Assembly (NCBI RefSeq): GCF_036321535.1
Contig: NC_087436.1
Span: 72,976,001 to 73,040,000, forward strand
Length of the DNA stretch: 64,000 nucleotides
Origin: Camelus dromedarius
Lineage: Eukaryota
Direction: 5' to 3'
Part shown: positions 62,700-64,000 of the stretch, piece after piece
Position numbering within the stretch: position 1 is the first letter of the stretch
How the letters are laid out: each line of letters opens with the position of its first letter
Made by a program: the position numbers and the translations under genes
Notes under the pieces: generated by a model
The model's database searches: none
The model's input: only the letters and a program-made list of their open reading frames with translations
Told to the model about the DNA's origin: nothing

Positions 62700-62862
62700 T
62701 TTTTTTAAGATTATTTTTTATTTTATTTTTTTGAGGGGGGTGGTTGGGGGAAGTAATTTGGTTTGTTTGTTTGTTTGTTTGTTTTAATGGAGGCATTGGG
62801 GATTGAACCCAGTACCTCATACATGCTAAGCACACACTCTTCCATTGAGCTATTACCCTCCC
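62700..62862 (-). mobile_element. tRNA-Ala-derived camelid SINE (Vic-1-like)
   Basis: Minus strand GGGAGGGTAATAGCTCAATGGAAGAGTGTGTGCTTAGCATGTATGAGGTACTGGGTTCAATCCCCAATGCCTCCA (Pol III A and B boxes, tRNA-Ala-like), followed by (AAAC)n, a C-rich tract and an A-rich tail. Confidence 0.85.
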
Positions 62863-63826
62863 TACTCCCGTTATTTTTCATCTACCGATTGGCTTCCTTT
62901 TCTTCTTAAACAGATGGGAAGATGTCCTCCCAATTTTTCCCAATTCAAACATTAATTCTCACTTACTACCTAATGTCTCAGTCTCAAATACAACTTTCTA
63001 GAGGATGGAATCTGATCGATCTGACTTGGGTCATGTGTCTACCCTCACCTCCTGCCCCTGTCCAGTCAGCCATGGTTGGAAAACAGGACCCCAGAGTTTG
63101 GGTGAGACCACAGGGGTTATTCCTTTGTTAGGTGGGGGTGTCTGTTCTTAGAAGAGAAGAGCATTTTCATAACACATTCACATCCACTATAAATATTGAG
63201 AGCTATAAATGAGAGACAGTAAATATTCTAGTAGTCCTATCTGTAAACAGTAATTATATTAAGGAAAGGTGTATAAATCAAACCTTATCTTAAATAGTAC
63301 ATAAAAGGATCATGAACTAAAAATTATTTGTAAAGACTCCTTTTAACTTTCCCAAATATTCATTTTGTGTATTAAAAATTAAAATAGTTGAGGTGTTATC
63401 TAACAGGGTTATATCAAGATCAAGAGATGAAATGGTGAAATTTTAAAGTCTGCCACTCTATTAGCTTGATCACCTTTTGAAGAAACTGAACCTGACAGAT
63501 TTTTCATTGTTTGTGGTTTTCTCTTGTGACTGATCAATAAGGACAGGCTGTTCTGTTTTGAAAGGAACTAAAGTCAAATACAAAGAAGCAAGGCAGCACC
63601 TACTTCCTCCTGGGATCTTAAATGATCTTTGTCCTCCCTTCAATTATTTGAGACATAAACAGATTGTCAGTATCCTGCCTCTAGTTATAGCTATGTTTAT
63701 TTTATTAATTCAGAAAAGAATTTGTTTCTGTTGGATTCAGCTTTCACTGTGTGTCATACAAGGCCCAGCACTAGGCTTTGTGAGTGAAGCCAAGAGGCAT
63801 GGGATGCGGTCTGTTCCCTTGGGGAC

Positions 63827-63975
63827 CTCACTGTGGGAGAGACGGCCATGTAGGCAGTGGGCACATTCACACTGCTTGGGGGAGAAGACTGTGTATACAG
63901 TGGATACACTCACACTGCTGTGAGAGAGATGCTCATGTATACAATGGACACATTCACCCTGCTGTGGGAAAGATA
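63827..63975. repeat. Degenerate 43-44-bp tandem repeat, about 3.5 copies
   Basis: Units start at 63848, 63891 and 63935 and share (A/G)TGTA..CA.TGG..ACA.TCAC.CTGCT..G.G.. Confidence 0.8.
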
Positions 63976-64000
63976 ACCATTGCTCAGTTAACTCTGGAGT

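Larger units (their letters stand above)
25718..64000 (+). other. PARM1: PARM1 intron 1 (partial, continues beyond the window)
   Basis: GT donor at 25718. The ORF track shows no long Ser/Thr/Pro-rich mucin-like ORF (expected exon 2) downstream, and the region is repeat-rich non-coding sequence. Confidence 0.85.

Noticed and set aside
62790..62862. tRNA-Ala gene
   Set aside because: Stems are degenerate, and the head is followed by a SINE body and simple-repeat tail rather than a T-run terminator.
1..64000. CRISPR arrays, operons or other prokaryotic systems
   Set aside because: The sequence is mammalian (CpG depletion, LINE/SINE/LTR content, spliced gene). No regularly spaced repeat-spacer array is present.

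Overview
Vertebrate (eutherian) genomic DNA, very probably camelid: it carries a tRNA-Ala-derived Vic-1-like SINE at 62700-62862 and cetartiodactyl-type L1 3' ends. The window covers about 25 kb of upstream sequence, the CpG-island promoter and first coding exon of PARM1 (ATG at 25675, MVCKTLFALCIFTAG, phase-1 GT donor at 25718), and the first about 38 kb of its long intron 1. Exon 2 is not in the window. The upstream part is a set of ancient elements: a decayed minus-strand class I ERV (MER110-like LTR, PPT, and readable env-TM, integrase, RNase H and RT motifs, interrupted by an MLT1C LTR), a Cheshire-like hAT transposase remnant and a Charlie1-type element. The intron holds MITEs (MER2B, MER53 with a perfect 8-bp TSD, MER3, MER20), L1/L2/MIR fragments and a 5'-inverted (twin-primed) L1. 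The least explained structure is an inverted duplication of about 260 bp, roughly 80% identical (56928-57187 vs 58299-58556), which includes sequence I cannot assign to a repeat. I cannot demonstrate a genuinely new biological system from the sequence alone. Repeat family names come from recalled consensus sequences and need RepeatMasker/Dfam confirmation. Identities are by-eye estimates.
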